The notes under the pieces are model-generated. The model worked only from the letters and a program-made list of their open reading frames with translations, was not told where the DNA came from and searched no databases. From NCBI GenBank assembly GCA_029561735.1, contig JAKQWZ010000064.1, positions 3,583 through 67,582 on the forward strand: a stretch of DNA of 64,000 bases, written 5' to 3'. A program made the translations under genes and the position numbers. The stretch comes from Candidatus Omnitrophota bacterium (lineage in GTDB: Bacteria; Omnitrophota; Gorgyraeia; Gygaellales; Profunditerraquicolaceae). Shown here piece by piece: positions 41,427-51,303 of this stretch (position 1 is the stretch's first letter; each line of letters begins with the position of its first letter).

Positions 41427-43868
41427 TTATTTATTTATAATACGCAGAAAAATATCAACAATGTTAGGATCAAACTGGCTGCCGGAATTATCCCTGATTA
41501 TCCGCAAGGCCTTGGTTTTGCTGAATGCCTTACGGTAAGGCCTGTCCGAGACAAGCGCTTCATAAACATCAGCCAAAGCAATGATACGCGCGCCTATAGG
41601 TATTTCTTCTGCTTTCAGCCCTGCCGGATAGCCTTTCCCGTCCCAACGCTCATGGTGATAAAGCACCATAGGAATCACATTATGCAAAGACTGGACCGGA
41701 CGGATTATTTCCGCTCCTATCTGGGGATGCTTTTTAATTTGCTCGTATTCCTTTTTAGTAAGTTTGGATTTTTTAAGCAGTATTTTCTCCGGAATGCCGA
41801 CTTTCCCCAAATCATGCAATACAGCCGCCTGCTTGATATTCTCAATTTCATCGGCGGAAAGATTTAAAGCCGCGGCAATATCATTGGCATATTTAACCGT
41901 CCTTTCCACGTGCGCTCCGGTAGAATGGTCTTTAGCCTCTAATGTATGGGCAAAAGCAAAAACAGACTCAATCAAGTTCTGGTTTGAACGTTTAGTCAGC
42001 TTCTCAATCCTACTCTTTAAAAATTTGATTTCGCTGTTGGCCTTGCCGTTCTTAACAGGCTCTTTGTTTTTCTCCGATTTAATATCGCGGGATGAATAAA
42101 CGCGGTTGCCCCCTCTTTCCTTGGCTTTGTTCAATATCTTTTCCACAAGTGCCACCAACTCCATCCCATTTGAGGCCTGGTCCTGAGGATAGGAGGCTAC
42201 TGCTATGCTTAATTTTAACTTTACAGTATTTTTTTTATTGCCGAAATTATACAAATTCACGGCATCAAGAATACGCCGCGCCAGAATAAGGGCCTGGGGA
42301 CTGGTTATGCCCGGAGAGATTATGATAAACTCTTCACCGCCGAAACGTATTACAATATCATAACGCCGGGTAATTTTATTCAGTTGCCCGGCCAGTTCTT
42401 TAAGCACTTCATCTCCGAAAGCATGGCCATAGAGGTCATTAACGGATTTAAAATAATCCACATCCAGCATCAATACCGAAAGCGTATGCGCATACCTGCG
42501 GGCGCGGTAAAACTCCGCCTCAATAACCTCCTGTAAGTAATGATGGTTATAAAGCCCGGTAAGCGAATCCCTTAATGCCAATTGTTTAAGCCGGCGGTTG
42601 GATTGTATTAATTCTTTATTAAGGACTTCCACTTCCTGTTCTTTTTTGCGCTGTTTGGTTATATCGCGGACATATTCTATAGCGCCTACGATGTTTCCGG
42701 AGGCATGGTCTACCAGAGGAAAACTGAACAGGTCAAGCCATCCTTCTATTTTCTTGCCGGCATCGCGCAGCGGCACGATATAATTACAGGCCTTACCATT
42801 TTTAAAAGTCTCTGCTGTAGGGCAGACCTTACAGGGTATACTTGCGCCATGATAGGCCTGATAGCACTTTTTCCCGACCAAAGGCATTGCATGCGCGTAC
42901 CATTTCTCCATTGTTGCATTGACCCGGATTATATTCATATCCTTGTCTAATATGCTAAGCCCATCCTGAATGCTGTCAAAAATATTAGACAAAAACTGCT
43001 CCCTCTCAGCCAGCTTAGAAGTCCGCTCTTCAATCTTTATTTCCAGATCGGCATATGCCTTTTGCAGGGCAGCTTCGGATTTTTTGCGCTCGCTTATATC
43101 AACGTTCACCTCTGCAACAAGCCATTGCCCGGATTCATTCTTAAAAGGAATAGTGGTTACCTGGACCGGGCGGTTATTTTCTTTAAACAGGATCTCCTCT
43201 GTAACTACTGTCTGCTTTGATTCCAGGGCCTTTTTAACTCCGCAGGCGTCTCCGCAATGCCTGGGCCTGCCCATAAAATATTCGTAGCACTTCCTGCCTT
43301 TAAAATCCCCGTAGATCTTTGCCCATTCCGCATCTACAAAAACCAGATTATAATCCGAATCAATAATGTCCAAACCGGTTTTGGTTGCCCCAAGGATATA
43401 TTCAATCTGTTGTTTGAGAAGTTTGCGTTCTTCTTCGGCCAGGCGCAGTTCGGTATTATCATATATTACTCCCTGGAGAAAAAGAGGCTTGCCCATATTA
43501 TCTTTGACTACCACCCCTTCATCCCGCACCCATAATATATTGCCTTTTTTATCAAATACCCGGTACTCAGCTTTAAAAGGCCGGCCGGAGACGCGCGAAG
43601 ATATACGCTCAGCCAATACTTTATCGTGATCCTTAGGATGAATATTCCTGTCCCATAATCTGTCATCTTTCATATACTCATCCGGAGAATATCCTGATAT
43701 ACCTATAATCTGCGGGCTGACATAAAGGGTAGTGCTGATATTATCTAAAGCTGCGATGTAGGTTACTGCGGGTATCTGTTCTACTAAACTGCGGTATTTA
43801 GCTTCGCTTTCACGAAGCTGATTTTCAAGTAAGCTGTGATCTTGAAGGAAGTCTTTAGGCCTATCCAT
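41427..43868 (-). CDS. Multi-PAS sensor with GGDEF diguanylate cyclase and HD-GYP phosphodiesterase domains
   Basis: 813 aa. GGEEF with an RRYD I-site five residues upstream. HDLGK and HHERWDGKGYP are also present. Two PAS modules carry CY...CxxxC / CY...CxxCP cysteine motifs. Confidence 0.9.
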   Translation of the reverse strand: MDRPKDFLQDHSLLENQLRESEAKYRSLVEQIPAVTYIAALDNISTTLYVSPQIIGISGYSPDEYMKDDRLWDRNIHPKDHDKVLAERISSRVSGRPFKAEYRVFDKKGNILWVRDEGVVVKDNMGKPLFLQGVIYDNTELRLAEEERKLLKQQIEYILGATKTGLDIIDSDYNLVFVDAEWAKIYGDFKGRKCYEYFMGRPRHCGDACGVKKALESKQTVVTEEILFKENNRPVQVTTIPFKNESGQWLVAEVNVDISERKKSEAALQKAYADLEIKIEERTSKLAEREQFLSNIFDSIQDGLSILDKDMNIIRVNATMEKWYAHAMPLVGKKCYQAYHGASIPCKVCPTAETFKNGKACNYIVPLRDAGKKIEGWLDLFSFPLVDHASGNIVGAIEYVRDITKQRKKEQEVEVLNKELIQSNRRLKQLALRDSLTGLYNHHYLQEVIEAEFYRARRYAHTLSVLMLDVDYFKSVNDLYGHAFGDEVLKELAGQLNKITRRYDIVIRFGGEEFIIISPGITSPQALILARRILDAVNLYNFGNKKNTVKLKLSIAVASYPQDQASNGMELVALVEKILNKAKERGGNRVYSSRDIKSEKNKEPVKNGKANSEIKFLKSRIEKLTKRSNQNLIESVFAFAHTLEAKDHSTGAHVERTVKYANDIAAALNLSADEIENIKQAAVLHDLGKVGIPEKILLKKSKLTKKEYEQIKKHPQIGAEIIRPVQSLHNVIPMVLYHHERWDGKGYPAGLKAEEIPIGARIIALADVYEALVSDRPYRKAFSKTKALRIIRDNSGSQFDPNIVDIFLRIINK

Positions 43869-43889
43869 ACCTATCGTATCCTTTTTTAA

Positions 43890-43918
43890 AGTTTAACACA
43901 TCTCTAGCTATAAATCAA
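43890..43918 (-). promoter_or_regulatory. Candidate promoter of the GGDEF/HD-GYP gene
   Basis: Minus strand TTGATT-17 nt-TAAACT, with TG immediately upstream of the -10 element. Confidence 0.35.
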
Positions 43919-43972
43919 CCTGCGCCGAGATAATTTCTGGAACTTAAACCATTGTAATTCAACAGCTTAAGA

Positions 43973-46222
43973 TTAGGTTCTCTTCCGGAAACGCCGGATA
44001 GTCAATGAATTGACAACTACGCTTACCGAACTGAAAGTCATGGCAAAACCGGCAACCACAGGATTAAGCAAGAAACCGGTAAAAGGATAGAACAGCCCTG
44101 CGGCTAAAGGTATGCCGACAATATTGTAGATAAACGCCCAGAAAAGATTTTGATGGATCTTTTTCATGGCAAAACCGGAAAGATCTATTGTAGTCACTAC
44201 ATCCATCAGGTCATCCCTGATTAAAACAATATCCGCAGATTCAATAGCCACATCTGTGCCGGCGCCTACAGCTATGCCAATATCTGCCTGAGCTAATGCC
44301 GGCGCGTCATTAATGCCATCTCCGACCATTGCTACTTTCAGGCCTTGATCACGCAGTTTACGCAACTCCATCGCCTTATCAGAAGGCAGCACCTCTGCCA
44401 ATACCTGCTCAATCCCAGCTTCCCTGGCTATTGTTTGGGCAGTCCTGCGGTTGTCTCCGGTAATAAGGTATACTTTTTTGTTCAGGCTTTTCAGGTTCAA
44501 TATAGCCTGCCGGGAAGATGCCTTTAAAGTGTCGGCTAAAGCGATTATTCCGGCAACCTCGTTATTAAGCCCGACCATCATCGCAGTTTTACCCTGTAGT
44601 TCTAAATCCGTGACTTTTTGTTCGCAGCCCGAAATATCTATTTTCCTTTCCCCGAATAATTTTCTGTTACCAAGGATAATGACGTCGTTTTTCAGCCGTG
44701 CAATAACACCCTTGCCGGTAATAGAATTAAATACCTCTGGTTCCGGAATATCCGGATTTGCCTGCCTAGCCCGGGTACAGATAGCTTCAGCCAGCGGATG
44801 TTCAGAGCGCTTTTCGGCAATTGCCGCAAATCTTAGAATATCATCTTTAGTGAAGCTGCCGACACAGATAATATCAGTAACTGCCGGCTTTCCCTGAGTC
44901 AATGTCCCGGTTTTATCAAATACAACAGCATCCAGCTTATTCGCCAATTCAAGGCTTTGGGCATTTTTAATCAATATACCGTTTTCAGCTCCGATTCCGG
45001 TAGCAACCATTACCGCAGTAGGCGTAGCCAAGCCTAAAGCGCATGGACAGGCAATAATTATCACTGTTATAAATATAGTCAGTGAAAATGCAAAGCCTGC
45101 GCCGGAAATAAGCCATATTAAGAAAACAACAAGCGCAATCAATAAAACCGCAGGCACAAAATAAGCAGCCACAGTATCAGCTGCTTCCTGAATGGGCGCT
45201 TTTGAGCCCTGGGCCTCCTGTACCAGCCTGATGATCCGGGCCAGGAAAGTATCTTTTCCCACGCGGGTAGCCCTGAATTTAAATGTGCCGGTCTTATTTA
45301 TGGTAGAGCCGATTACTTCATCCCCTACAGTCAATTCGCGCGGCATACTCTCCCCGGTTACCATTGACTCGTCTATTGCGGACCGCCCTTCGATTATCTG
45401 CCCGTCGGTAGGCACCCGCTCTCCGGGGCGCACGATTACAATATCGCCTACTAAAACCTGCTCTATGGGAATTTCTTTTTCTATTCCCGAACTAAATACA
45501 ACGGCGGTTTTAACCTGCAGGCCCAATAATTTTTTTATTGCCTGGGAGGTCTTGCCTTTTACTATAGATTCAAGCAACCTGCCCAAAAGGATAAATGTGA
45601 TCAGAAACGCAGCTATCTCATAATATAGCACATGCATACTATAAGGTATGATCTTAAGCCAGATAAGCACGGAATTAACCAAGCTATAGAAATAAGCAGC
45701 GCCAACCCCCAGGCTGACCAGTGTATCCATATTCGCGGCTTTTGAACGCACTACCGCAGCTGTGCCACGGGCAAAGAATTGCCCGCCGGCTGCCACTACT
45801 ACTGTAGCCAGCAAGAACTGAACAACGGCCATATTTTTAACGATAACGCCGGCAACGGGAAGATTAAGGAATGAACTCATTGAAAAATACATCAATGGAA
45901 GGGAAAAGGCCAAAGCAGTCAGAAACCGTAATTTAAGAAGTGAGGTTTCCTTTGAACGCACCAGCAGCTCAAAATCCGTGCCGCTATTCTTATCAGCAGC
46001 GCCAAAAGGCGAGAATTTGATAACTTTATACCCTGATCTTTCTATAGCGCTCTCAAGCTCTGCCCGGCTGATTTTGCCCGACTCAAATTCAACATAGGCC
46101 TTTTCAGTGGCAAAATTAACATTTACCTTACTGACGCCGTCAAGATTTCTCAGGTATCTTTCAATATTCGCTGCGCAGGAAGCGCAGTGCATACCGAAAA
46201 CACTGATGATTATTCTTTCCAT
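43973..46222 (-). CDS. copA: Copper-translocating P1B-type ATPase
   Basis: HMA domain GMHCASCA, TM CPC motif (IIACPCALG), DKTGTLT and GDGINDAP. The start is ATG 46222 or 46249. Both overlap the upstream ATPase gene end. Confidence 0.9.
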   Translation of the reverse strand: MERIIISVFGMHCASCAANIERYLRNLDGVSKVNVNFATEKAYVEFESGKISRAELESAIERSGYKVIKFSPFGAADKNSGTDFELLVRSKETSLLKLRFLTALAFSLPLMYFSMSSFLNLPVAGVIVKNMAVVQFLLATVVVAAGGQFFARGTAAVVRSKAANMDTLVSLGVGAAYFYSLVNSVLIWLKIIPYSMHVLYYEIAAFLITFILLGRLLESIVKGKTSQAIKKLLGLQVKTAVVFSSGIEKEIPIEQVLVGDIVIVRPGERVPTDGQIIEGRSAIDESMVTGESMPRELTVGDEVIGSTINKTGTFKFRATRVGKDTFLARIIRLVQEAQGSKAPIQEAADTVAAYFVPAVLLIALVVFLIWLISGAGFAFSLTIFITVIIIACPCALGLATPTAVMVATGIGAENGILIKNAQSLELANKLDAVVFDKTGTLTQGKPAVTDIICVGSFTKDDILRFAAIAEKRSEHPLAEAICTRARQANPDIPEPEVFNSITGKGVIARLKNDVIILGNRKLFGERKIDISGCEQKVTDLELQGKTAMMVGLNNEVAGIIALADTLKASSRQAILNLKSLNKKVYLITGDNRRTAQTIAREAGIEQVLAEVLPSDKAMELRKLRDQGLKVAMVGDGINDAPALAQADIGIAVGAGTDVAIESADIVLIRDDLMDVVTTIDLSGFAMKKIHQNLFWAFIYNIVGIPLAAGLFYPFTGFLLNPVVAGFAMTFSSVSVVVNSLTIRRFRKRT

Positions 46223-48894
46223 ATTTTCTTTGCAGTTTCTACGCCCCATAAAGGCAGGGAAGATATTACCACTGCCACAAACCAGTCAAGGGCCCCTAAG
46301 GGCTCGGTTTTAAAAATGGTGTTAAAAAAAGGAACATACACCACCATCATCTGCAGGGCGAATGAAAATAAAACTGCTAAAATAAGTTTTTTATTGGTAA
46401 GAAACCCGATCTTGAATATAGAGGTTGACACGCTCCTGCAATTGAACGAATGGAACAATTGCGCGCAGGCCAGCACTACGAACGCCGCTGTCCTGGCCCG
46501 GGCAAGGCCCTCTTTTTCCAGAAAATACACAAAACAAAAAGCAGCTAAACTGCAAAAAGCGATAAATGAACCCTGGCCCAATATAAGCAGGGCCGTTTTT
46601 TTAGTAATAACCGGTTCTGAAGTCTTGCGGGGAGCCCGGCGCATAATATCGGGCGCTACTGTGTCTACCCCCAAAGCAAGCGCGGGAAGGCCGTCAGTAA
46701 CCAGATTAACCCAAAGTATCTGTATCGCCACAAGCGGAGCAGGAAAGCCGATTAGAGAAGCAACAAACATAGTCAATATTTCTCCGGCGTTGCAGGAAAG
46801 AAGATAATGAATAAACTTCTTGATATTATCGTATATGCCCCGCCCCTCTTCTATTGCGGATACAATAGAAGCAAAATTATCGTCTGTCACAACCATATCA
46901 GAGACTTCTTTAGTAACATCCGTACCGGTAATGCCCATAGCTACGCCGATATCCGCTTCTTTGACTGCAGGCGCATCATTAACACCGTCGCCGGTCATGG
47001 CAACTACTTCCCCGCGTTTACGCCAAGCGCGGACTATCCTTAATTTATGCTCCGGAGATACGCGGGCATAAACCGGTATCCTCTCAACCAGTTTATCCAG
47101 CTCCTCATCGCTTAACCTGCCTAACTCTTCCCCGGTAAGAGCCAAAGAATCTTTCTTAAAGAACCCGAGCTGTTTAGCAATAGCAACAGCCGTATTTTTA
47201 TGATCTCCGGTTATCATCACTGTTTTGATACCTGCGGCAAAACATTTTTCTATTGCCTCTTTGACCTCCGGACGGGGCGGATCAATCATTGCCAGGAGCC
47301 CGGCAAAAGTCAGATTATTTTCTATTTCAGCGGCATCAAGCTTCTCCGGCAAAGCGTCTAACGCCCTGTAACCGACAGCCAAAATGCGCATGGCCCGTGA
47401 AGCTAATTCGTCATTCGTTTTAGCAATATTTTCTTTATCCGCTACACTGATCGGCCGCGGGTTATTATTTTCTTCAATAAAATCGCATTTATCCAGCATC
47501 ACATCGGGAGCCCCTTTTACAAAAGCGATATACCGGCCCTTATCCTGACGGATGATAGTCATTTGTTTGCGTTCAGAATCAAAAGGTATTTCATCAATAA
47601 AAGGAAAATCCTTTTCTAAAGCAGTTTTTTTCAAACCGGCTTTTTCAGCTGCAACCAAAAGTGAACCTTCGGTAGGATCGCCGGCTACATAGTAGGCTCC
47701 GTCTTTCTGGGATATTTCTGCATCATTACAAAGCACAGCACAGCTTAAAGCTTTTTTTAATTCCGTATACTTATCCACATCCAAAGGATTATCATTAAAG
47801 AGTATCTCGCCTTTTGGCTGATAGCCTATCCCGCTTACCTTAAATAACTTGCCTGCGGCATATACAGCCTGCACAGTCATCTCATTCTTAGTCAAGGTCC
47901 CGGTCTTATCCGAGCATATCACCGTAGCGCAGCCAAGCGTTTCCACTGAAGGCAGCTTCCTGATCAAGGCGTTTCGCCTGACCATCCTTTGTACCCCCAG
48001 CGCCAGCGCAATCGTAACCACAGCCGGCAGGCCTTCAGGTATTGCTGCCACAGCCAGGCTTACGGCAGTAAGAAATACTTCGGCGAGTTTTCCGCCGCGC
48101 AGCCATTCTAAAATAAAGACTAAGGTTACCAGGATAAAACATAAATAAACTATCCACTTGCCAAACTCTTCCAGTTTTTTCTGCAAAGGAGTATCTTCGT
48201 GCCTGATCTCCTGGACCATAACAGCTATTTTGCCTAATTCCGTTAACATTCCTGTGCCTACGACAATTGCCCGGGCCTTGCCTGAAGTCACAATTGTGCC
48301 CATATAAAGCATATTTGCCCGGTCAGCCAAAGGCACATCTCCTCCTTCTAAACAATAGGAAGTTTTAGCTACCGGGGCTGATTCTCCGGTCAGGCTGGAT
48401 TCCTGAACAGAGAAATTGGAAGTATGCCAGATTACCCGGCTGTCCGCTGATATACTGTCGCCTGCTTCAACCTCAACAATATCCCCGGGGACTAAATTGT
48501 GCGAAGAGATTATCCCCCTCTGTCCGTCGCGGATAACCCGGGAATTGGGAGCGGACAGTTTTTTTAACGCCGCAAGGGATTTTTCAGCGCGAAACTCCTG
48601 AATAAAACCGAGGATAGCGTTAAGGATTACTATAGCGATTATTGCAAAAGCATCTACCCATTCTTTAAGAAACCCGGAAACAAGCGCTGCGGCAACCAAA
48701 ACCCAGATAATAAAATCGTTGAATTGTTCCAAAAAGAGCGCCAGAGGAGAAATCTGCTTTTTCTCTTTAAGCTGGTTTGGACCGAATTTCAAAAACCTGT
48801 CCCGGGCATCTTTAGATGTCAGGCCGGCTGACAAATCAACCTTAAGCTCTTGGGATATCTGCTGGGCATTTAACTGCCACCATTTAGTAGGCAT
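46210..48894 (-). CDS. P2-type cation-transporting ATPase (Ca2+/SERCA-PMR-like)
   Basis: 894 aa. IPEGLPAV (TM4), DKTGTLT, TGDHKNTA, GDGVNDAP and 10 TM helices. Confidence 0.85.
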   Translation of the reverse strand: MPTKWWQLNAQQISQELKVDLSAGLTSKDARDRFLKFGPNQLKEKKQISPLALFLEQFNDFIIWVLVAAALVSGFLKEWVDAFAIIAIVILNAILGFIQEFRAEKSLAALKKLSAPNSRVIRDGQRGIISSHNLVPGDIVEVEAGDSISADSRVIWHTSNFSVQESSLTGESAPVAKTSYCLEGGDVPLADRANMLYMGTIVTSGKARAIVVGTGMLTELGKIAVMVQEIRHEDTPLQKKLEEFGKWIVYLCFILVTLVFILEWLRGGKLAEVFLTAVSLAVAAIPEGLPAVVTIALALGVQRMVRRNALIRKLPSVETLGCATVICSDKTGTLTKNEMTVQAVYAAGKLFKVSGIGYQPKGEILFNDNPLDVDKYTELKKALSCAVLCNDAEISQKDGAYYVAGDPTEGSLLVAAEKAGLKKTALEKDFPFIDEIPFDSERKQMTIIRQDKGRYIAFVKGAPDVMLDKCDFIEENNNPRPISVADKENIAKTNDELASRAMRILAVGYRALDALPEKLDAAEIENNLTFAGLLAMIDPPRPEVKEAIEKCFAAGIKTVMITGDHKNTAVAIAKQLGFFKKDSLALTGEELGRLSDEELDKLVERIPVYARVSPEHKLRIVRAWRKRGEVVAMTGDGVNDAPAVKEADIGVAMGITGTDVTKEVSDMVVTDDNFASIVSAIEEGRGIYDNIKKFIHYLLSCNAGEILTMFVASLIGFPAPLVAIQILWVNLVTDGLPALALGVDTVAPDIMRRAPRKTSEPVITKKTALLILGQGSFIAFCSLAAFCFVYFLEKEGLARARTAAFVVLACAQLFHSFNCRSVSTSIFKIGFLTNKKLILAVLFSFALQMMVVYVPFFNTIFKTEPLGALDWFVAVVISSLPLWGVETAKKIWKE

Positions 48895-48899
48895 AATTC

Positions 48900-49274
48900 C
48901 TATTTCCTTTTTTTCTTCTTATATTTCTTATCCAGGGCTAAAATGCAGAGCTCTCCGGTAAACGGGGCGATCTTGCCTTTTTCATAAGGGAATTCTTTAC
49001 AATGCGAGGGTTTAAGGTTGTAATCAACAATGTGTATTGAACAGAGCCCTTCCGGGTTTAAGAAAGAACAGGCATTATAGCCCACGCTGGTTCCGATCCT
49101 GTATCCGGAAGGGTAATCTTTGTCTTTTTTGAATTCGTAAAATTTCCCGGGCAGTTTCAGCTCCAGGATCTTCTTGGCTTCCTCAAGGTCTACCCATGCT
49201 CCGGTCTGACAGCAGAATTTCATATCCGGGCATTTATTACAGTCAATCTTTTTTATATTTTTTTTCTTTTGCAT
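48900..49274 (-). CDS. YkgJ-family Cys-cluster (putative Zn/Fe-chelating) protein
   Basis: 124 aa. The N-terminal CNKCPDMKFCC pattern is CxxC-x6-CC. Confidence 0.6.
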   Translation of the reverse strand: MQKKKNIKKIDCNKCPDMKFCCQTGAWVDLEEAKKILELKLPGKFYEFKKDKDYPSGYRIGTSVGYNACSFLNPEGLCSIHIVDYNLKPSHCKEFPYEKGKIAPFTGELCILALDKKYKKKKRK

Positions 49275-49278
49275 AAGA

Positions 49279-50295
49279 TTACCTTTCTAAATTTGCTCCG
49301 GCCAGCGCTGTTTGGCAAAAAATACACTTACCGTCCTTAATATTATACTCTAAAATATCAAATACTTCCCGCTTAATCAACAATTTCCTGCAGGAGGCGC
49401 AATAAGTATCATTGCCCCAGCCGGTTACATTTCCGGCATAAATATATTTGAGCCCGCACTGCCGGCCTATTTCCATTGCCTTTTTAAGAGACTGTTCCGC
49501 GGTTATTTCATAATCTGAAAATTTATAATCCGGGTGAAAACGCGAAATATGCCAAGGGATATTTTTATCTACCGAAGCAATAAAATCAGCGATCTGCCTT
49601 AATTCCTGATCAGAATCATTCTCGCCGGGTATAATCAATGTGGTAACCTCAACCCATATGCCCAGCTTATGCATCAACCTTATTGAGCCGAGCACCGGGG
49701 CCAGAGTAGCCGAGCATATCTTTCGGTAAGATTCATCCTTAAAGAATTTCAGGTCAACATTTGCCGCATCAAGGAATGTATGAATCATCTCCAGGCACTC
49801 CGCGGTCATATAGCCGTTAGTTACAAAAACATTTGATAGGCCATTTTCCTTGGCTAACCTTGCCGTATCCAGCGCATACTCAAAAAATATAGTCGGCTCG
49901 GTATATGTATAAGAGATACTGCGGCATTTATTATTCAAAGCAGCTTGAACTATTTCCTGCGCAGCCACTTCTTTACCCGGATACTGGTTTTTATCAATAG
50001 CTCTTTGCTGCGATATCTGCCAATTCTGGCAGAAACCGCAGTGAAAATTGCATCCGGCCGTAGCAATAGAAAAACTTTTTGATCCGGGAAGAAAATGATA
50101 CAGCGGTTTCTTTTCAATAGGGTCAACATGCATGGCAACAGGCCGGGCGTAAACGTGGGAATATAGTTTGCCTGAAATATTCTGCCTAACACCGCAAAAA
50201 CCGAATTTACCCTCGGCAATTTTACAGCGATGAGCGCACAAAGAACAATCTACAAAATTATTTACAGACCTGTTATAGAGCAGGGCTTCTTTCAT
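49279..50295 (-). CDS. Radical SAM enzyme of the AmmeMemoRadiSam type
   Basis: 338 aa. CNFHCGFCQNW cluster motif, an N-terminal CxxC...C motif and a C-terminal CASC...CIFC motif. Confidence 0.7.
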   Translation of the reverse strand: MKEALLYNRSVNNFVDCSLCAHRCKIAEGKFGFCGVRQNISGKLYSHVYARPVAMHVDPIEKKPLYHFLPGSKSFSIATAGCNFHCGFCQNWQISQQRAIDKNQYPGKEVAAQEIVQAALNNKCRSISYTYTEPTIFFEYALDTARLAKENGLSNVFVTNGYMTAECLEMIHTFLDAANVDLKFFKDESYRKICSATLAPVLGSIRLMHKLGIWVEVTTLIIPGENDSDQELRQIADFIASVDKNIPWHISRFHPDYKFSDYEITAEQSLKKAMEIGRQCGLKYIYAGNVTGWGNDTYCASCRKLLIKREVFDILEYNIKDGKCIFCQTALAGANLER

Positions 50296-51296
50296 AGCTT
50301 AAATCTGGCCAGATCCGCCTCTTTAATCGCGGTAACGTTAAAAAACTCTTTCTCCTTATCCGGATTACGCCAATATTCAATATTCAAACTTCCGCGCTGC
50401 TTAAATTTAGAATAATAACAGGTTATCGCGCAGGCAACAGGTATAAGTTCTTTACCAACCCTGCCCCTGACAAGGCTCGTCGGCCCGGGAGTATCCATAT
50501 CCGTCATAAAAATATAATCCCCGTCTTGGGCCATTTCTGGCAAGAGGCTGTTTTCTTTCTCGTTTCTGCCAACAACCATTTTTGTTTCAGGCCCAAGGCG
50601 CAGGTGCCTGCCCAATTTCAGCAAATCAACATTCTCCAGAGCCAAAGCATTGTGTTCAATCAGGTCCTGCAGCCTGCGGGAAAATTCAGGGTCTGTCAAA
50701 AGGCATCCTCCGGCCGCGTTAGGATAATCTTTAATGTTAAACTTTGCAGCCATGCCTCTTTGCGGTTTTCTGCTCCTGCCGGAAAAATTTGCCAATAATT
50801 CCCGTTTAACCCATCCTTTTTGCTCAGGGATAGTAGGAACAAGGTGCTGCGCAGATAAAGGGCGCAACAATAAACCGGCCAAGCCGGATTCCTTCTCTAT
50901 CCTCTCCAAGGCAGCCCTATACTGTGACATCGGCCTCTGCCCAAGCACTTCTCCGGTAACAATAAAACTGGCCCCTAATTCAGGCATTAATTCTCTGGCC
51001 TTGGCCAGCATCAATATTTTGCAATCAATGCAGGGATTCATATTTGAACCATAACCGTGTTTGGGATTTTTAAGCATAGACAGGTACTCCCCGGCAAGCT
51101 TTTCTATTCTTAATTCCACGCCGATAGAGCGCAACAAAACCGCTAATCTTTTCTTGTGTGTTTCTTCCAGAGACTTATCGCGCATGCAAAAAGGAGTGTT
51201 AAAATATATACCCAGGACTTCTATGCCCTGCTCCCTTACCAGCCGGGCAGCAAGCAGGCTGTCCAGGCCCCCTGATATTAAAGCTATTGCTTTCAT
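50292..51296 (-). CDS. PP-loop ATPase, ThiI/MnmA-like tRNA sulfurtransferase family
   Basis: 334 aa. PP-loop ALISGGLDS, CIDCK, GEVLGQRPMSQ and GGCLLTD. The exact family is uncertain. Confidence 0.55.
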   Translation of the reverse strand: MKAIALISGGLDSLLAARLVREQGIEVLGIYFNTPFCMRDKSLEETHKKRLAVLLRSIGVELRIEKLAGEYLSMLKNPKHGYGSNMNPCIDCKILMLAKARELMPELGASFIVTGEVLGQRPMSQYRAALERIEKESGLAGLLLRPLSAQHLVPTIPEQKGWVKRELLANFSGRSRKPQRGMAAKFNIKDYPNAAGGCLLTDPEFSRRLQDLIEHNALALENVDLLKLGRHLRLGPETKMVVGRNEKENSLLPEMAQDGDYIFMTDMDTPGPTSLVRGRVGKELIPVACAITCYYSKFKQRGSLNIEYWRNPDKEKEFFNVTAIKEADLARFKL

Positions 51297-51303
51297 AATT
51301 TAT

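Noticed and set aside
46187-46807. 206 aa plus-strand ORF, with similar long antisense ORFs at 32862-33410, 5958-6449, 41403-41867 and 11084-11545
   Set aside because: All lie entirely inside well-supported minus-strand genes (P-type ATPase, cysK, patatin, GGDEF, MFS). They have low-complexity Ser/Pro/Ala-rich or otherwise featureless translations, and there is no independent coding evidence for them. They look like shadow ORFs.
43973-48894. Tandem duplication of a P-type ATPase
   Set aside because: The two proteins have different subfamily hallmarks: HMA plus CPC for Cu(I), versus PEGLP and 10 TM helices for the P2 type. Their lengths also differ. They are unrelated paralogues placed side by side.
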